This document shows, piece by piece, positions 1 to 10,383 of a stretch of DNA of 64,000 nt; within the stretch, counting starts at the first letter, position 1, and each line of letters begins with the position of its first letter. The translations under genes were made by a program, and so were the position numbers. The DNA comes from Candidatus Freyarchaeum deiterrae (lineage in GTDB: Archaea > Asgardarchaeota > Jordiarchaeia > Jordiarchaeales > Jordiarchaeaceae): the NCBI GenBank assembly GCA_037305845.1, contig CP147778.1, positions 800,001 through 864,000 on the forward strand, in the 5' to 3' direction. The notes under the pieces were generated by a model that saw only the letters and a list, made by a program, of their open reading frames with translations, did no database searches and was not told the DNA's origin.

Positions 1-75
1 TGCTGTAGGTTTCCAGTTACCAACGTTCAGTTCCACTAGTTCAATCGCCTTGTCAATATCTACTTTTTCCGTCAA
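1..75 (-). CDS. 5' part of a divergent Roadblock-fold protein (runs off window); paralog of 14947 and 16758
   Basis: Not in the ORF track. TTG at 75-73 reads MTEKVDIDKAIELVELNVGNWKPTA, matching MSVDVSIDKLIERVELNIGNWKPIA (16758). Confidence 0.85.
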   Translation of the reverse strand, partial: MTEKVDIDKAIELVELNVGNWKPTA

Positions 76-114
76 ATAGTATAACCCTCACTAGCGTCAT
101 TAGGATAAAACACG

Positions 115-140
115 CATTTATATGTTATATATGTTTTTAT
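115..140 (-). promoter_or_regulatory. TATA-type promoter shared by the Roadblock/7TM module genes
   Basis: Minus strand ATAAAAACATATATAACATATAAATG; near-identical at 15556-15580 and 16699-16721. Confidence 0.6.
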
Positions 141-264
141 GTTAACAAATTATCACGCCGCCTCCATAATTGTTATGGGTGGCAAAAAAATTAGAATTCC
201 TTTAATTTTTTGTGGGTTCGGCACCATTGATTTTAAACTGAATCAAGGGACTTAAGTGGTTACC

Positions 265-1620
265 TTATTTTTTTGTTTTTTGCATTATTTTAATGGCTTT
301 TTCTACCGCTTCTTTGGCTGTGGGTGCTAGTATTCTGACCATGGCTTCCTTGCCGATTCCGCCCCGGTCGAATATTACGTCTGGGACTTTGCCGATGGAT
401 GTGATAGCCTCTTCGATTCCCTCTGGTAAACATTGGTCTTCTTGCTTTTTGGTTTCTTCGGGCTCTTCGCTTCTGTTGAAGGTTGAGATAATTAGGTTGA
501 GCTGCGTACAGGCGTTGATTATCTCCTCGGAATACTTTATGTTAATGGCAGCTCTTATAGAGGGATCATACCCCATTGTTGCGAGGATGGTTCTCGCCAT
601 TTGGCTTGAGGCTCCGAACCTAATGTTACCTAAGGGTTTCGCCTGCCCATGATAATTCACTATTCTACCTTCTACTGCTGCGATATCCTCTACGCTTTTG
701 GCGGTGGGCAGAGCCATTCCAATGTTTGTACAAACTTCCGGAATGAAATCTCCAAAATTCTCCGTGGACTCTATCATCTGAACCGCCTCATCTAAATTAT
801 TAATTACTCTCCACCTCTCAGCGTCTATTTCAAGCCAGAAAATGGGGTTGACGGGTTTTCTTCCTCCTCCCACCATTACGGGGTTTCCAACCGCCACATC
901 AATAAATTTTTCCGCATGGGGCACGGCCTCCGCGGACTCCAAGCCTTTAGCTATGTATGCTGCTATAGCAGCGGAAAAGCTGCAGCCACTCCCATGATTA
1001 CCTGGTTCATCAATCCTAGGCTTCTTGAACTGTGTTACTTCTCCTTCGTGAAACATTACATCTACGACACTGGCACCGGTAGCGTCCAAGTGTCCTCCTT
1101 TAATCACCACGACCTCTGGGCCGAGGGTGGAGATAACCCGCGCCGCCTCCTCCATATCCTTAACCGAATTAATCATTGTGTCAGCGATTATAGAAGCTTC
1201 AGTGATATTTGGTGTAACTACACGAGATAATGGAACCAGGTTTTTTACTATTGCCTTCTCGGCTGCGGGAGTGACCAGCCTGTCACCGGAGCCCGCCCAT
1301 ATTACCGGATCTACAACGAGAGGGAAACCGTGTTCATCCTGTTCGTTGCGTATCAGTTCTATTACTTCTGGTTCGTAAAGCATCCCAGTTTTAGCTGAAT
1401 CCACTTCTATATCTTCTATAACTACGTCGATTTGGGCCATTACAATTTCAGGGGGAATAGAAATAATGTCTCGAACATAGAGCGTATTCTGAGCGGTAAC
1501 AGCTGTAACTGCGCACGTTCCATGAACGCCCAACGCTGCAAATGTTTTAAGATCCGCCTGAATGCCTGCGCCTCCACCCGAATCCGAACCCGCGATTGTC
1601 AAAGCTACCGGAACCTTCAA
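265..1620 (-). CDS. thiDN: HMP(-P) kinase / thiamine-phosphate synthase ThiD-ThiN fusion
   Basis: IAGSDSGGGAGIQADLKTF and HGSGC motifs; C-terminal IPEVCTNI...GASS...DRGGIGKEAM ThiN domain. Confidence 0.93.
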   Translation of the reverse strand: MKVPVALTIAGSDSGGGAGIQADLKTFAALGVHGTCAVTAVTAQNTLYVRDIISIPPEIVMAQIDVVIEDIEVDSAKTGMLYEPEVIELIRNEQDEHGFPLVVDPVIWAGSGDRLVTPAAEKAIVKNLVPLSRVVTPNITEASIIADTMINSVKDMEEAARVISTLGPEVVVIKGGHLDATGASVVDVMFHEGEVTQFKKPRIDEPGNHGSGCSFSAAIAAYIAKGLESAEAVPHAEKFIDVAVGNPVMVGGGRKPVNPIFWLEIDAERWRVINNLDEAVQMIESTENFGDFIPEVCTNIGMALPTAKSVEDIAAVEGRIVNYHGQAKPLGNIRFGASSQMARTILATMGYDPSIRAAINIKYSEEIINACTQLNLIISTFNRSEEPEETKKQEDQCLPEGIEEAITSIGKVPDVIFDRGGIGKEAMVRILAPTAKEAVEKAIKIMQKTKK

Positions 1621-1759
1621 ACCGCAACCTCCAACACTCGAAATATTAAGTAAGAAGTGTAATCAGAATTATTAAATCTATGGCAAAATCCGAAAAGAAA
1701 ATTTTTGTTCAATTTTTTGTTGTTAGTTCAAATTATACTATGTTTGTTAATATTAGCTT

Positions 1760-2632
1760 TTGATTTTCTTCTTAAAAAGGTTGGATTTAGGGGAGATTAC
1801 TTTTATAATCGGATACAAAATTAGCTTAAGTGAAGATGGAGCAAATAACTCGAATGGTGATGACGACGTCTTGCTCATAATCTTTTGTGGTATACCGAGT
1901 GTTGGGAAGACCCTGGTCGCAAGAAGGCTGGCTGTGGAACTCGATAAACAAAATAATTCCACGTTTGTTATAGGTTCCGACGATATTCGCCGCCTTATCC
2001 CCACCCACGAGGAGCAGTTCGACCCGAAGCGTGAGTCCTTCATAAAAGAGACAACACTGCACATAGTAAACTACCTGCTCGCAAAGGGAAAAACTGTAAT
2101 CAGTGATGATACAAACTATTATAACGCCATGAGACGGGATCTCATAAAAATCGCTAAGAAGAACAAAGGAGAATACGCCATAGTATATCTTCACGCTCCT
2201 CTGGAATTTGCTCTAAAATGGAACAAGGAACGCGGGGAACCCATACCACCTGAAGTTATTCTCAAGATAAATGATAAGTTCGACGTCCCCGGTAAAAAGT
2301 ACAAATGGGACCAGCCAATCGTTTCCATAGATACATCCCAAGAACCATTAGAAGATGCTGTAAAAACCATTCTTCAAAAACTTGAAGATTTGAAGTCTCG
2401 AAAGAAAATTAAAATCAAGTCCTCAGATGAGTCGGGTAAATCGGAGGAGATTGATCATCTTACCCGCAGAATAATTGGAAAAATCATGGTTGAGAGAGGC
2501 GACAAGTCGCTGGCGCGACATTTGAGTTCTTTAAGAAAAAGTTTCGTGAAAGAAGCCGTCGAAAAAAATCTGAGTCCCGCTCAAGCAGAAAAAGAGTTTA
2601 CAAAGAGAATAAATAAAGAGTGTGGTGAATGA
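1760..2632 (+). CDS. pstK: L-seryl-tRNA(Sec) kinase (probable start TTG 1871)
   Basis: GIPSVGKT P-loop, [18 protein letters not shown] and YKWDQP motifs; near selB, sepSecS and tRNA-Sec. Confidence 0.9.
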   Translation: MIFFLKRLDLGEITFIIGYKISLSEDGANNSNGDDDVLLIIFCGIPSVGKTLVARRLAVELDKQNNSTFVIGSDDIRRLIPTHEEQFDPKRESFIKETTLHIVNYLLAKGKTVISDDTNYYNAMRRDLIKIAKKNKGEYAIVYLHAPLEFALKWNKERGEPIPPEVILKINDKFDVPGKKYKWDQPIVSIDTSQEPLEDAVKTILQKLEDLKSRKKIKIKSSDESGKSEEIDHLTRRIIGKIMVERGDKSLARHLSSLRKSFVKEAVEKNLSPAQAEKEFTKRINKECGE

Positions 2633-3690
2633 TGAAAATCTCTGATTGGATACCTCGAGACGGAGATGCTATCCTCACAAAAGAGGGATTCATTTTTTAC
2701 ACTATAGGGTACGTTCATCCAGACGACAGGGTAATCGCTTTCATTAAATACATTCCCAAAGACCTTAAAGACCGTTTCGATGTTCCTTGGCTGCCCTACG
2801 AGTGGGTGTTAGAGGGCAACCCACTGGTACGGCCGGAGAAGCTCTACTCTCCCAAAATTTACAGTTCTTTCATATCGTCACTGAGAGAAATTATTCCCGA
2901 TGCGGTGTACTTTAATCCCTACGTTGGAAAAGAATTGGTCACCGTCCCTAAAGACCATATAAAAGCCGTTTATGTACCCAACGAAAGCTTACAATTCCTT
3001 CTAAGAAAAAAAGAACATGATGAACTTGAAAGAAAGGCAGTAGAAGTCATAGGTATGCTCTCCAAAGAGTCTGGAGTACCAGTAGAGGATTTTGGAATAC
3101 ATGGCTCCATTTCTCTTCAGATGCACAACTACCAGAGTGATATCGACATCGCGATTTATGGGTCAGAGAATTTCAGGAAGGTCAAGGAAGCATTTCACAG
3201 TCTGGCTACTAGGGGCGAGGTCTCAATTCTTGAAGCAGACGAATTCGACCCAATAAGGCAAAACAGAGGCGTATACCAGAGCAGCCGATTTGTGATTAAT
3301 GCCATCCGAAAAACAGAGGAGATAACTGAGAGGTTTGGCCAATACAAATACGAAGCTACAAAACCTGTGGAAGCCGTTTGCCTAGTGGTGAATAACAACG
3401 CGTCGATGTTCCGCCCCTCGGTCTACGAAGTTAATAATTGCAAGTCAAAACAAATAAAGAAAGTAGAAGAGCCCAAAAGTATTGTGAGTATGATTGGGCA
3501 ATTCCGTGACTTCGCAAGTGTAGGAGAGAAAATAAAAGTCAGAGGCATGCTTGAAAAAGAAGAGGAGTTAACTACTGGTAAAAAAGAGTATAGAATAGTC
3601 GTGGGATCAGGAAAAGGGGAAGAGTATCTCTGGCCCACAAACAAGTTACCTCCACCAGACTCTTTCAAAAAAATAAGTCAACCTATTTAG
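2629..3690 (+). CDS. COG1665-like predicted nucleotidyltransferase
   Basis: GYxHP N-terminal motif; FGIHGS...SDIDIAIYG pol-beta motif; C-terminal OB-like part; ATGA overlap with pstK. Confidence 0.75.
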   Translation: MMKISDWIPRDGDAILTKEGFIFYTIGYVHPDDRVIAFIKYIPKDLKDRFDVPWLPYEWVLEGNPLVRPEKLYSPKIYSSFISSLREIIPDAVYFNPYVGKELVTVPKDHIKAVYVPNESLQFLLRKKEHDELERKAVEVIGMLSKESGVPVEDFGIHGSISLQMHNYQSDIDIAIYGSENFRKVKEAFHSLATRGEVSILEADEFDPIRQNRGVYQSSRFVINAIRKTEEITERFGQYKYEATKPVEAVCLVVNNNASMFRPSVYEVNNCKSKQIKKVEEPKSIVSMIGQFRDFASVGEKIKVRGMLEKEEELTTGKKEYRIVVGSGKGEEYLWPTNKLPPPDSFKKISQPI

Positions 3691-3753
3691 AAATATAACA
3701 GCAAAACCCATTTTATACTTGATGAATTCTTATTTCAAGAGGGAGATTCACAT

Positions 3754-4827
3754 ATGGTTCTAAAAGTAAGAGATAAGGACGCACCCATTTCACAAGAGGG
3801 TATAATCTTCAGGGTATACGGTTATGATCACCCACCAGACGCCTGCATATGCGATGTGGAGTACGCCCCCGAAACTATTTATCAAGCGCCGGAATCAAAA
3901 GCTGTTCGAACAGGCCTCCCCATAAAGTATTACAAGTTCTACGCTGACGGAGGTCTCAGATTCGTTCAGGAAAATTATCCCCAGTACCAGATTTTCTCGG
4001 AGCCTCTCCAACGCCTACTAGTAGGAATGAAAAAGAATCAGGTAGAAGAACTCAGAAAACCAGACAAGAAACTGGAAGAAATTCTAGTAAAGGAGCCCAA
4101 GGATAGTTTAATGAAATCCTTGAGGAAGGTTCTCGACCTTATTTTAGAACATTCGAAGCTTAAGCCCTCAGATTTCGGCGTCTTCGGCTCTCTCCTGCAC
4201 GGTTTTTACAACCCGGAATACAGTGATCTTGATTACATTATTTATGGCCGAGCGAAAGTAGCTGAACTTGTGGAGGTTCTAGGCGATTTTTATGGCGACC
4301 GAGTTGGGGTTCTTAAAAACGAGTTTGATTTTTTTGATGAGAGAGCGGAGCAAAAGAATTGGCGATTCGAAAACTACACACTCAAAGAATACGCATGGTA
4401 CGAGAAGAGAAAAGGTATCTACGCGGTTCACGACTCGAAGGAGCTAGGGAGAAGAGTAAAGATAGAGTTTGAACCAGTCAGAACATGGAACGAAATAAAA
4501 AACGAATACCAATCAGACACCCGAATAACGGGAGTTGGATGGACAAGGGCTAAAGCCATAATAAAAGACGACAAAGACTCCTACTTCATGCCAGCAATCT
4601 ACCCTATAGAAATCCTAGAATTCATCGAGGGAGACCGGGCGGACGACATAGAAAGAATAATAACATACGTCGAAGAATACAAAATGCAAGTCAGAAAAGA
4701 CGAAGAAGTCATAGTTGAAGGAATTCTGGAAAAAGTTCAGACACCCCAAAAAACATTCCACCAAATCACTCTTACCCACATTCCAGGAAAAAAATATTAC
4801 AAACAAGTAATAAAAATCGATGAGTGA
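3754..4827 (+). CDS. COG1665-like predicted nucleotidyltransferase, paralog 2
   Basis: GYDHP; FGVFGS...SDLDYIIYG; same architecture as the upstream gene. Confidence 0.75.
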   Translation: MVLKVRDKDAPISQEGIIFRVYGYDHPPDACICDVEYAPETIYQAPESKAVRTGLPIKYYKFYADGGLRFVQENYPQYQIFSEPLQRLLVGMKKNQVEELRKPDKKLEEILVKEPKDSLMKSLRKVLDLILEHSKLKPSDFGVFGSLLHGFYNPEYSDLDYIIYGRAKVAELVEVLGDFYGDRVGVLKNEFDFFDERAEQKNWRFENYTLKEYAWYEKRKGIYAVHDSKELGRRVKIEFEPVRTWNEIKNEYQSDTRITGVGWTRAKAIIKDDKDSYFMPAIYPIEILEFIEGDRADDIERIITYVEEYKMQVRKDEEVIVEGILEKVQTPQKTFHQITLTHIPGKKYYKQVIKIDE

Positions 4828-4893
4828 GGAAAGAAGAAGGTTCAACGGTAGTTCAAATTTGAAAAGATGAATCAGAAAATATTCAAGAGAGCT

Positions 4894-5430
4894 TCATTTT
4901 TTCAATACCGCTTCACATTTTTTGCATTTCTCGTTCGTTTTAGGATTTTCCTCTCCGCAGTATTCGCAAACTATAATGTCTCCGCTAACTGACGATTTCA
5001 TTTTTACACTTTTCTGAATAGTTTCTTCAAGATCCGCCTTTATTTTTTCAATTTTGTTTTTCTTACTTTTCACACTTTCAAAATTCAAAAATGTGTAATC
5101 AACTTCTTTTCCTTCTTGATGCGTGGTTATTTTTAGACTTTTTATTACCATGCCAGAAGCGACTAATTGTAGAATTTCTTCTAAGGAGATTCTTACTTCT
5201 AAACTATAGGTTGCTGTAATTAGGCCGGATTTCTGAACAAAGAACAAGTTATGATTTGTGAAGGCAAATAAGCCTGGGTCTCCTTCGGTTGCAGCTAATA
5301 CCTCGGTCACTGGAGTTACTTTTCTGCGAGCCTTGACGCAGAAGTCATAGAAAAGAACCGTTTCATCCGTAAGGAGATACTCCTTGACGATTTCAAGACC
5401 CTTTTCAATAATTTCTTCTCGGTTATACAC
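4894..5430 (-). CDS. PH-like domain protein with C-terminal C4 zinc ribbon
   Basis: GLFAFTNHNLFF bPH-like strand; CEYCG...CKKC. Confidence 0.55.
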   Translation of the reverse strand: MYNREEIIEKGLEIVKEYLLTDETVLFYDFCVKARRKVTPVTEVLAATEGDPGLFAFTNHNLFFVQKSGLITATYSLEVRISLEEILQLVASGMVIKSLKITTHQEGKEVDYTFLNFESVKSKKNKIEKIKADLEETIQKSVKMKSSVSGDIIVCEYCGEENPKTNEKCKKCEAVLKK

Positions 5431-5568
5431 TAGAATCCCTCACTTACACTAGAAATTAATTAAACACTCATAGTATAAAAGTTTATTCAGTGAGTTTAGA
5501 ATTTTTATATATCATGAGGCTTATTTAAGTAGTAATTAACTAGGAAATTTGTGTACTAAATTTTTGGG

Positions 5569-6582
5569 GTGTTGGAATTGACGAAATTTTACCATGACGA
5601 AGACGCGGATTTGGCTCTGCTGAAAAATAGACTAATCACTGTAATTGGTTATGGCAATCAGGGCCGTGCTCAAGCCCTGAATATGCGGGATAGCGGTCTG
5701 AACGTGATAATAGGAAACATTAGGGACTCATACTGGAAGTTAGCTGAGGCAGACGGCTTTGAAGTTTATTCAATAAAGAAAGCTGCCGCTAAGGGAGACA
5801 TAATATTTTTCCTTGTTCCCGATGAGTTGATGCCCCAAGTCTACGAAAAGGAAATTCAGAGCGAATTATCAGAAGGAAAGGTTCTCAACTTCGCGTCAGG
5901 TTACAACATAGCCTTTGGCTTAATCAAACCACCAAAAAACATAGATGTAATTATGCTGGCTCCCCGAATGATTGGAAAATACGTGCGCGAGCTTTTCGCT
6001 AAGGGCGAAGGCTTCCCAAGCTTCATCGCGGTGGAAAACGATGCCAGCGGCAAAGCGAAAGAGCTAGTTTTGGCTCTGGCAAAGGGCATAGGTTCCACTA
6101 GGGCAGGTGTGCTTGAGGTCACTATGGCTCAGGAGGCGTACATGGATCTTTTCTCCGAGCAGGGCACGGGTCCAATCATCGGTAGAACTTTAATGACTGC
6201 TTTTCAGATTCAAGTTGACGCTGGCCTACCCCCAGAAGCTGTTCTCATAGAACTTTACATGTCTGGAGAACTCGGATTGGTTTTTCAAACATTCGCTGAA
6301 ACTGGGATTGCGGGGCAAATGGGTTTACACTCCCAAACCAGCCAGTACGGGTCAATCAGCAGAAGCCTAACTCTCAATATCGATCCTATTGTTGAAAATC
6401 TTAAGGAAGTGTTTGAGAAAATAAAGAACGGAGCTTTTGCAGAAGAGTGGAAGAAAGAACAGGAAGCCGGATATCCCAAGTTTAAGCAGTTAAAAGAGTT
6501 ATCCAAACTGAACCCTCTTGCTCCATACGAGAAAAAAGTTATCGAAGGACTGAAGCGGAAAAAGTTCAAGGAATCTGTATAA
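5569..6582 (+). CDS. ilvC: Ketol-acid reductoisomerase
   Basis: IGYGNQGRAQALNMRDSG; DLFSEQ; SQTSQYG. Confidence 0.93.
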   Translation: MLELTKFYHDEDADLALLKNRLITVIGYGNQGRAQALNMRDSGLNVIIGNIRDSYWKLAEADGFEVYSIKKAAAKGDIIFFLVPDELMPQVYEKEIQSELSEGKVLNFASGYNIAFGLIKPPKNIDVIMLAPRMIGKYVRELFAKGEGFPSFIAVENDASGKAKELVLALAKGIGSTRAGVLEVTMAQEAYMDLFSEQGTGPIIGRTLMTAFQIQVDAGLPPEAVLIELYMSGELGLVFQTFAETGIAGQMGLHSQTSQYGSISRSLTLNIDPIVENLKEVFEKIKNGAFAEEWKKEQEAGYPKFKQLKELSKLNPLAPYEKKVIEGLKRKKFKESV

Positions 6583-6633
6583 ATTCTACTATAAACCCAA
6601 ATAGTAGGACTCCGTAAACTGTTAATAGGAGGA

Positions 6634-8031
6634 TTGTGCGTGCCTGATGCTATTCCGGTTAATATAGGTCTCATGGGCCACATTGACCACGGCAAAACAC
6701 AGGTAGCTAGAGTCTTAAGTGAAGTTGTTTCAACAGCAGGCCTGGATAAGCATCCGCAAGCTCAGGAGAGAGGAATCTCCATAGACCTAGGGTTCACATC
6801 CTTCCACTTAAACGGTTACCTGGTAACGCTGGTTGACGCCCCCGGCCACGCAGAACTCATCCGCAGTGTTGTGGCTGGAGCGAACATAATTGACGCCGCA
6901 ATACTGGTGATTGCAGCTGACGAAGGACCAAAAATTCAAACAGGCGAACACATTATTATCCTCCAGAGTTTCGGAATCTCAAAGGTAGTGGTGGCTTTGA
7001 ATAAGATGGATCTGGTATCCCAAAGCCAACTTGAGACTGTTAAGAATCAGGTTAAAAGTGTTCTTAAGGATACCATTCTGGAGGGGGCTCCCATAGTTCC
7101 AGTTTCCGCGGCTACCGGCGCAGGAATTGAGGATCTTAAAAGCGCTCTTTTGAGCATTCTGTCACCCCCAAAAAGGGAAATAGAAGGACCTTTCAAGATG
7201 CCTGTAGATCACGCTTTCCGCATCAAGGGAGCGGGAACAGTTATGACGGGAACAATTCATCGCGGTAGGGTTCATGTGGGCGATGAGATTGAGGTTATGC
7301 CCCTCAAACTGGCTGCAAAGGTGAGGTCAATACAAGTATTTAGGGAGTCGAGAGACGAAGCCCAAGCAGGGGATCGGGTAGGCATCGGTGTTACGGGACC
7401 GGAACCGGAGAGAATATATCGCGGGTGCTACGCTGGCACGCCTGGAACTTTGAAGGTAACCTACAAATTGATCGGAAGCATACAGATGAATAAATTGTTT
7501 AAATACTCTCTTCAAGCTGGTGTTAAAGTAAACTTAACAGTAGGGATGCCCACGGTCACTGCCACAGTGATTCCCTTCAAGAGATTCGAGGGAAAAAACC
7601 TTCTCACAGAAGAAGTGGAAAGTGGAGAAACCTTCGAAGCTCTTTTCAGACTTGATGAAAGCGTAGTTGCCGAAGAGAATACACCGTTACTGGTTTCACG
7701 TCTGGATTTGCCCCCCACAATCCTGAGAATCATGGGAAGTGGAAAAGTGACCGATACGGCTCCTGGTGGAATAGAATTCTTTACAGAAAAGACTAAGACG
7801 GGGAGGGTTAAAACGCCGGTTCACCCGAAGGGCAGCGTTATTGTTGGTTTGGCAGAAACAGGATATGGGGCAGAGAAACTATCAAACGAAACAGCAACCA
7901 CAGAAAACGGAACCCGGGGGAAAGTAGTTTCCGCTTTTGGAGGAAAGGGAGCGGTGATAGTTAAATTCGAAAAACCGGTTTCGGAGGGCGAAGCGGTTTT
8001 CATAAGAAAATATAAACCACGCAAAGTTTGA
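6634..8031 (+). CDS. selB: Selenocysteine-specific elongation factor (aSelB/eEFSec type)
   Basis: GHIDHGKT, ERGISIDLGF, DAPGH, NKMD; C-terminal GKVVSAFGGKG. Confidence 0.93.
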   Translation: MCVPDAIPVNIGLMGHIDHGKTQVARVLSEVVSTAGLDKHPQAQERGISIDLGFTSFHLNGYLVTLVDAPGHAELIRSVVAGANIIDAAILVIAADEGPKIQTGEHIIILQSFGISKVVVALNKMDLVSQSQLETVKNQVKSVLKDTILEGAPIVPVSAATGAGIEDLKSALLSILSPPKREIEGPFKMPVDHAFRIKGAGTVMTGTIHRGRVHVGDEIEVMPLKLAAKVRSIQVFRESRDEAQAGDRVGIGVTGPEPERIYRGCYAGTPGTLKVTYKLIGSIQMNKLFKYSLQAGVKVNLTVGMPTVTATVIPFKRFEGKNLLTEEVESGETFEALFRLDESVVAEENTPLLVSRLDLPPTILRIMGSGKVTDTAPGGIEFFTEKTKTGRVKTPVHPKGSVIVGLAETGYGAEKLSNETATTENGTRGKVVSAFGGKGAVIVKFEKPVSEGEAVFIRKYKPRKV

Positions 8032-8068
8032 GGGAGGAATTAATACGAAGGAACTAATCAGAAAGTAC

Positions 8069-9370
8069 ATGAAAGGGTTAATACCCGAAAATATGCTTGA
8101 AAGAGGAATCATTGTTCTGGAATCCCAACTAGACCCACTACGCATATTATTCGAACAGAGGAAAATTCCGGAAGAGGGATGGAGCGACCCTCAAATAAAA
8201 TTTCTACTCACCGTATTGTCTATGATGGATACAGATAAGGACACCCAAGCCGCTAGGGTAGGTGAGAGAGAAGCTAGAGTAGCCTCACCTCTAGTTTCCG
8301 AACTTGCTGCTGATTTCTGTCATGGTATAGGACGGAGCGGCGAGATATCTGCAGCACAGCCCAAAGCGCCTGGGGCCTCAATAATGTACAACATAGTAAA
8401 TACGCTCGCTTCCGACTCCGTCAGGAAATTCGGAGCCCCGAACCTAAAGCATGCTTTACTGCTTCCTCTGCCCACGGGAATGTCAATCGGTCTCACAATA
8501 TCAGCCATGAGACAGATGAGAAAAGCTAAGGGAAAATATGTTGTTTATCCTCGGATTGATCACAAATCTCCCCTGAAGGCCATAGAGCTCATAGGCTTGG
8601 AGCCGAAAATCATCGAAGGTGAACTGGAGGGTGATGCTGTTATTGTACCCCCGGAAAGGGTTGAGGAGGCGATTGACGAGGAAACGGTTGCAATTCTGTC
8701 CACAACCACATTCTTCCCTCCTCGTGAACCGGACGATGTGAAAGAGATTGCTAAAATCGCACAAGAGCACGACATTCCGCACGTAATTAACAACGCATAC
8801 GGAGTGCAGAGCAGGGAGATAATGAAAAGGATAAAATCAGCAATAGACGCTGGACGCGTGGACGCCGTTGTTCAGAGCACAGACAAAAACTTTCTTACCC
8901 CGATAGGAGGAGCAATTGTCGCCTCACCAAAACAGGAAACCCTAGACGAGATAAGCGAGCAATACGCGGGAAGAGCCACCGCGGCGCCAGCAACACAGTT
9001 CCTAGCAGCGATACTAGCGTTGGGTATCAAAAACTATGAAAAGCTCAGAAATGAACAAGAAGAAAACAGAGGATACCTTGAAGAGAATCTCAAAAAAATC
9101 GCAGGAGAATACGGGGAAAGAGTCCTCAACGTGTACAACCCCATAGCCTGCGCAGTGTCGCTTTCCAAAAGAGACCCACAAAAAGTCGGAGGAGCACTGT
9201 ACAACCTGAGAGTAACCGGACCAAGAGCGCTGGGGCCCACAGACTACGGTTCCTGCTGCAAAAAGTACCCCACAGCTTATATAACAATGAACGCGGCGAT
9301 AGGATCAAGACGTGAGGATATAGAAAAAGCGGTTCAAAAACTAGAAGAAACTCTCAAACAGGTCAGGTAA
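8069..9370 (+). CDS. spcS: O-phosphoseryl-tRNA(Sec) selenium transferase (SepSecS)
   Basis: RVGEREARV, HGIGRSG, QPKAPG, RIDHKS, INNAYG and VQSTDKNF (PLP Lys). Confidence 0.95.
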   Translation: MKGLIPENMLERGIIVLESQLDPLRILFEQRKIPEEGWSDPQIKFLLTVLSMMDTDKDTQAARVGEREARVASPLVSELAADFCHGIGRSGEISAAQPKAPGASIMYNIVNTLASDSVRKFGAPNLKHALLLPLPTGMSIGLTISAMRQMRKAKGKYVVYPRIDHKSPLKAIELIGLEPKIIEGELEGDAVIVPPERVEEAIDEETVAILSTTTFFPPREPDDVKEIAKIAQEHDIPHVINNAYGVQSREIMKRIKSAIDAGRVDAVVQSTDKNFLTPIGGAIVASPKQETLDEISEQYAGRATAAPATQFLAAILALGIKNYEKLRNEQEENRGYLEENLKKIAGEYGERVLNVYNPIACAVSLSKRDPQKVGGALYNLRVTGPRALGPTDYGSCCKKYPTAYITMNAAIGSRREDIEKAVQKLEETLKQVR

Positions 9371-9527
9371 TTCTTATATTTAACTGAAAATTAATGGGGA
9401 AATTTGCTGAACTTCCTAGAATTCTAGGACTTCCGTTCTTACTGCTCATTCGTTTTTCCAGCTCTTTTGGCTACAGTTTCGAAAAGGTTAAAATTTTGTG
9501 TTATTTATATTATAATTATTTATAATT

Positions 9528-10208
9528 TTGTTGAAGGGAGAGCATATGTTGCCTGCAAATGTTGACGAGTTAGTTAAGGGTTTGAGAGAAGCCTCGCGTG
9601 TTGTGAAGGCTGACGGAAAGCCTTTGGATCTTTTCAGGGTAGCGTATCACGCTGCTACTTCCTTAAGGTCTTATTGTGTGGATTTCTCTGAGAAGGGTGG
9701 TGAAGGTTCTTCCTACAGCGCCGGGGCTAGGCTTTACTCATCCGATGGTGGAGAGAAGGTTGTGAAGCAGATAAGAGTTGGAAGTGATGTCAAAGGAATA
9801 GAGCTGAAACTTTGGAGCCTAAGCAAAGAAAAATCAGACGCGAAAATCGAAGAAACCGCCAAAAAAATTCAGCAAATCCTATCCAGTGTAGGTAAACTAT
9901 CTGGTGAGAGTCTTCAGAACTTTTACAACGCCATGGTAATCGAAAGAAAGTTGGATATCTCATTAAACAAGCTTTTAACTGGTGCGACGAGTCAGCAGGT
10001 CTATTTCGATGTTGCTGACGCTAGGGAAAGAATTATTCTCTTAATGGGGCGTTTCGACCCCAGCATCATACAGATGGAAAGCGCGTTAGAAGAACTCAAG
10101 AAACTGGGTAAAGACGACCCGATCAAAAAAGAAATTGGTGAAAAAATAGCCTTATCGATTCTCAAGTGGAAAAAAGGAATTGATGAATACATTTCCCAAT
10201 TGAAGTAA
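9528..10208 (+). CDS. Hypothetical protein, helical C-terminal half
   Basis: 226-aa ORF with GGAG before ATG; no motif recognised. Confidence 0.6.
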   Translation: MLKGEHMLPANVDELVKGLREASRVVKADGKPLDLFRVAYHAATSLRSYCVDFSEKGGEGSSYSAGARLYSSDGGEKVVKQIRVGSDVKGIELKLWSLSKEKSDAKIEETAKKIQQILSSVGKLSGESLQNFYNAMVIERKLDISLNKLLTGATSQQVYFDVADARERIILLMGRFDPSIIQMESALEELKKLGKDDPIKKEIGEKIALSILKWKKGIDEYISQLK

Positions 10209-10383
10209 AAAGGAGAATTTCTTATCCATTTATTTTCTACAAAAATTCTATTTTCATTATACTTCTTGCATCAAACCCTAACAGGCTATAAGTAGCTTGC
10301 CGATTTTCTATTTTTTGTTTTTCTGTTTAATTAAGTGGTTAAAAAGAGGTTGTGGTTCAACTTTTTTCCAGTTGTAGGTTTAT

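Noticed and set aside
8032-8068. Possible ATT start for sepSecS at 8039 after GGAGG
   Set aside because: The frame is open, but RBS spacing is too short to prefer it over ATG 8069 without data.
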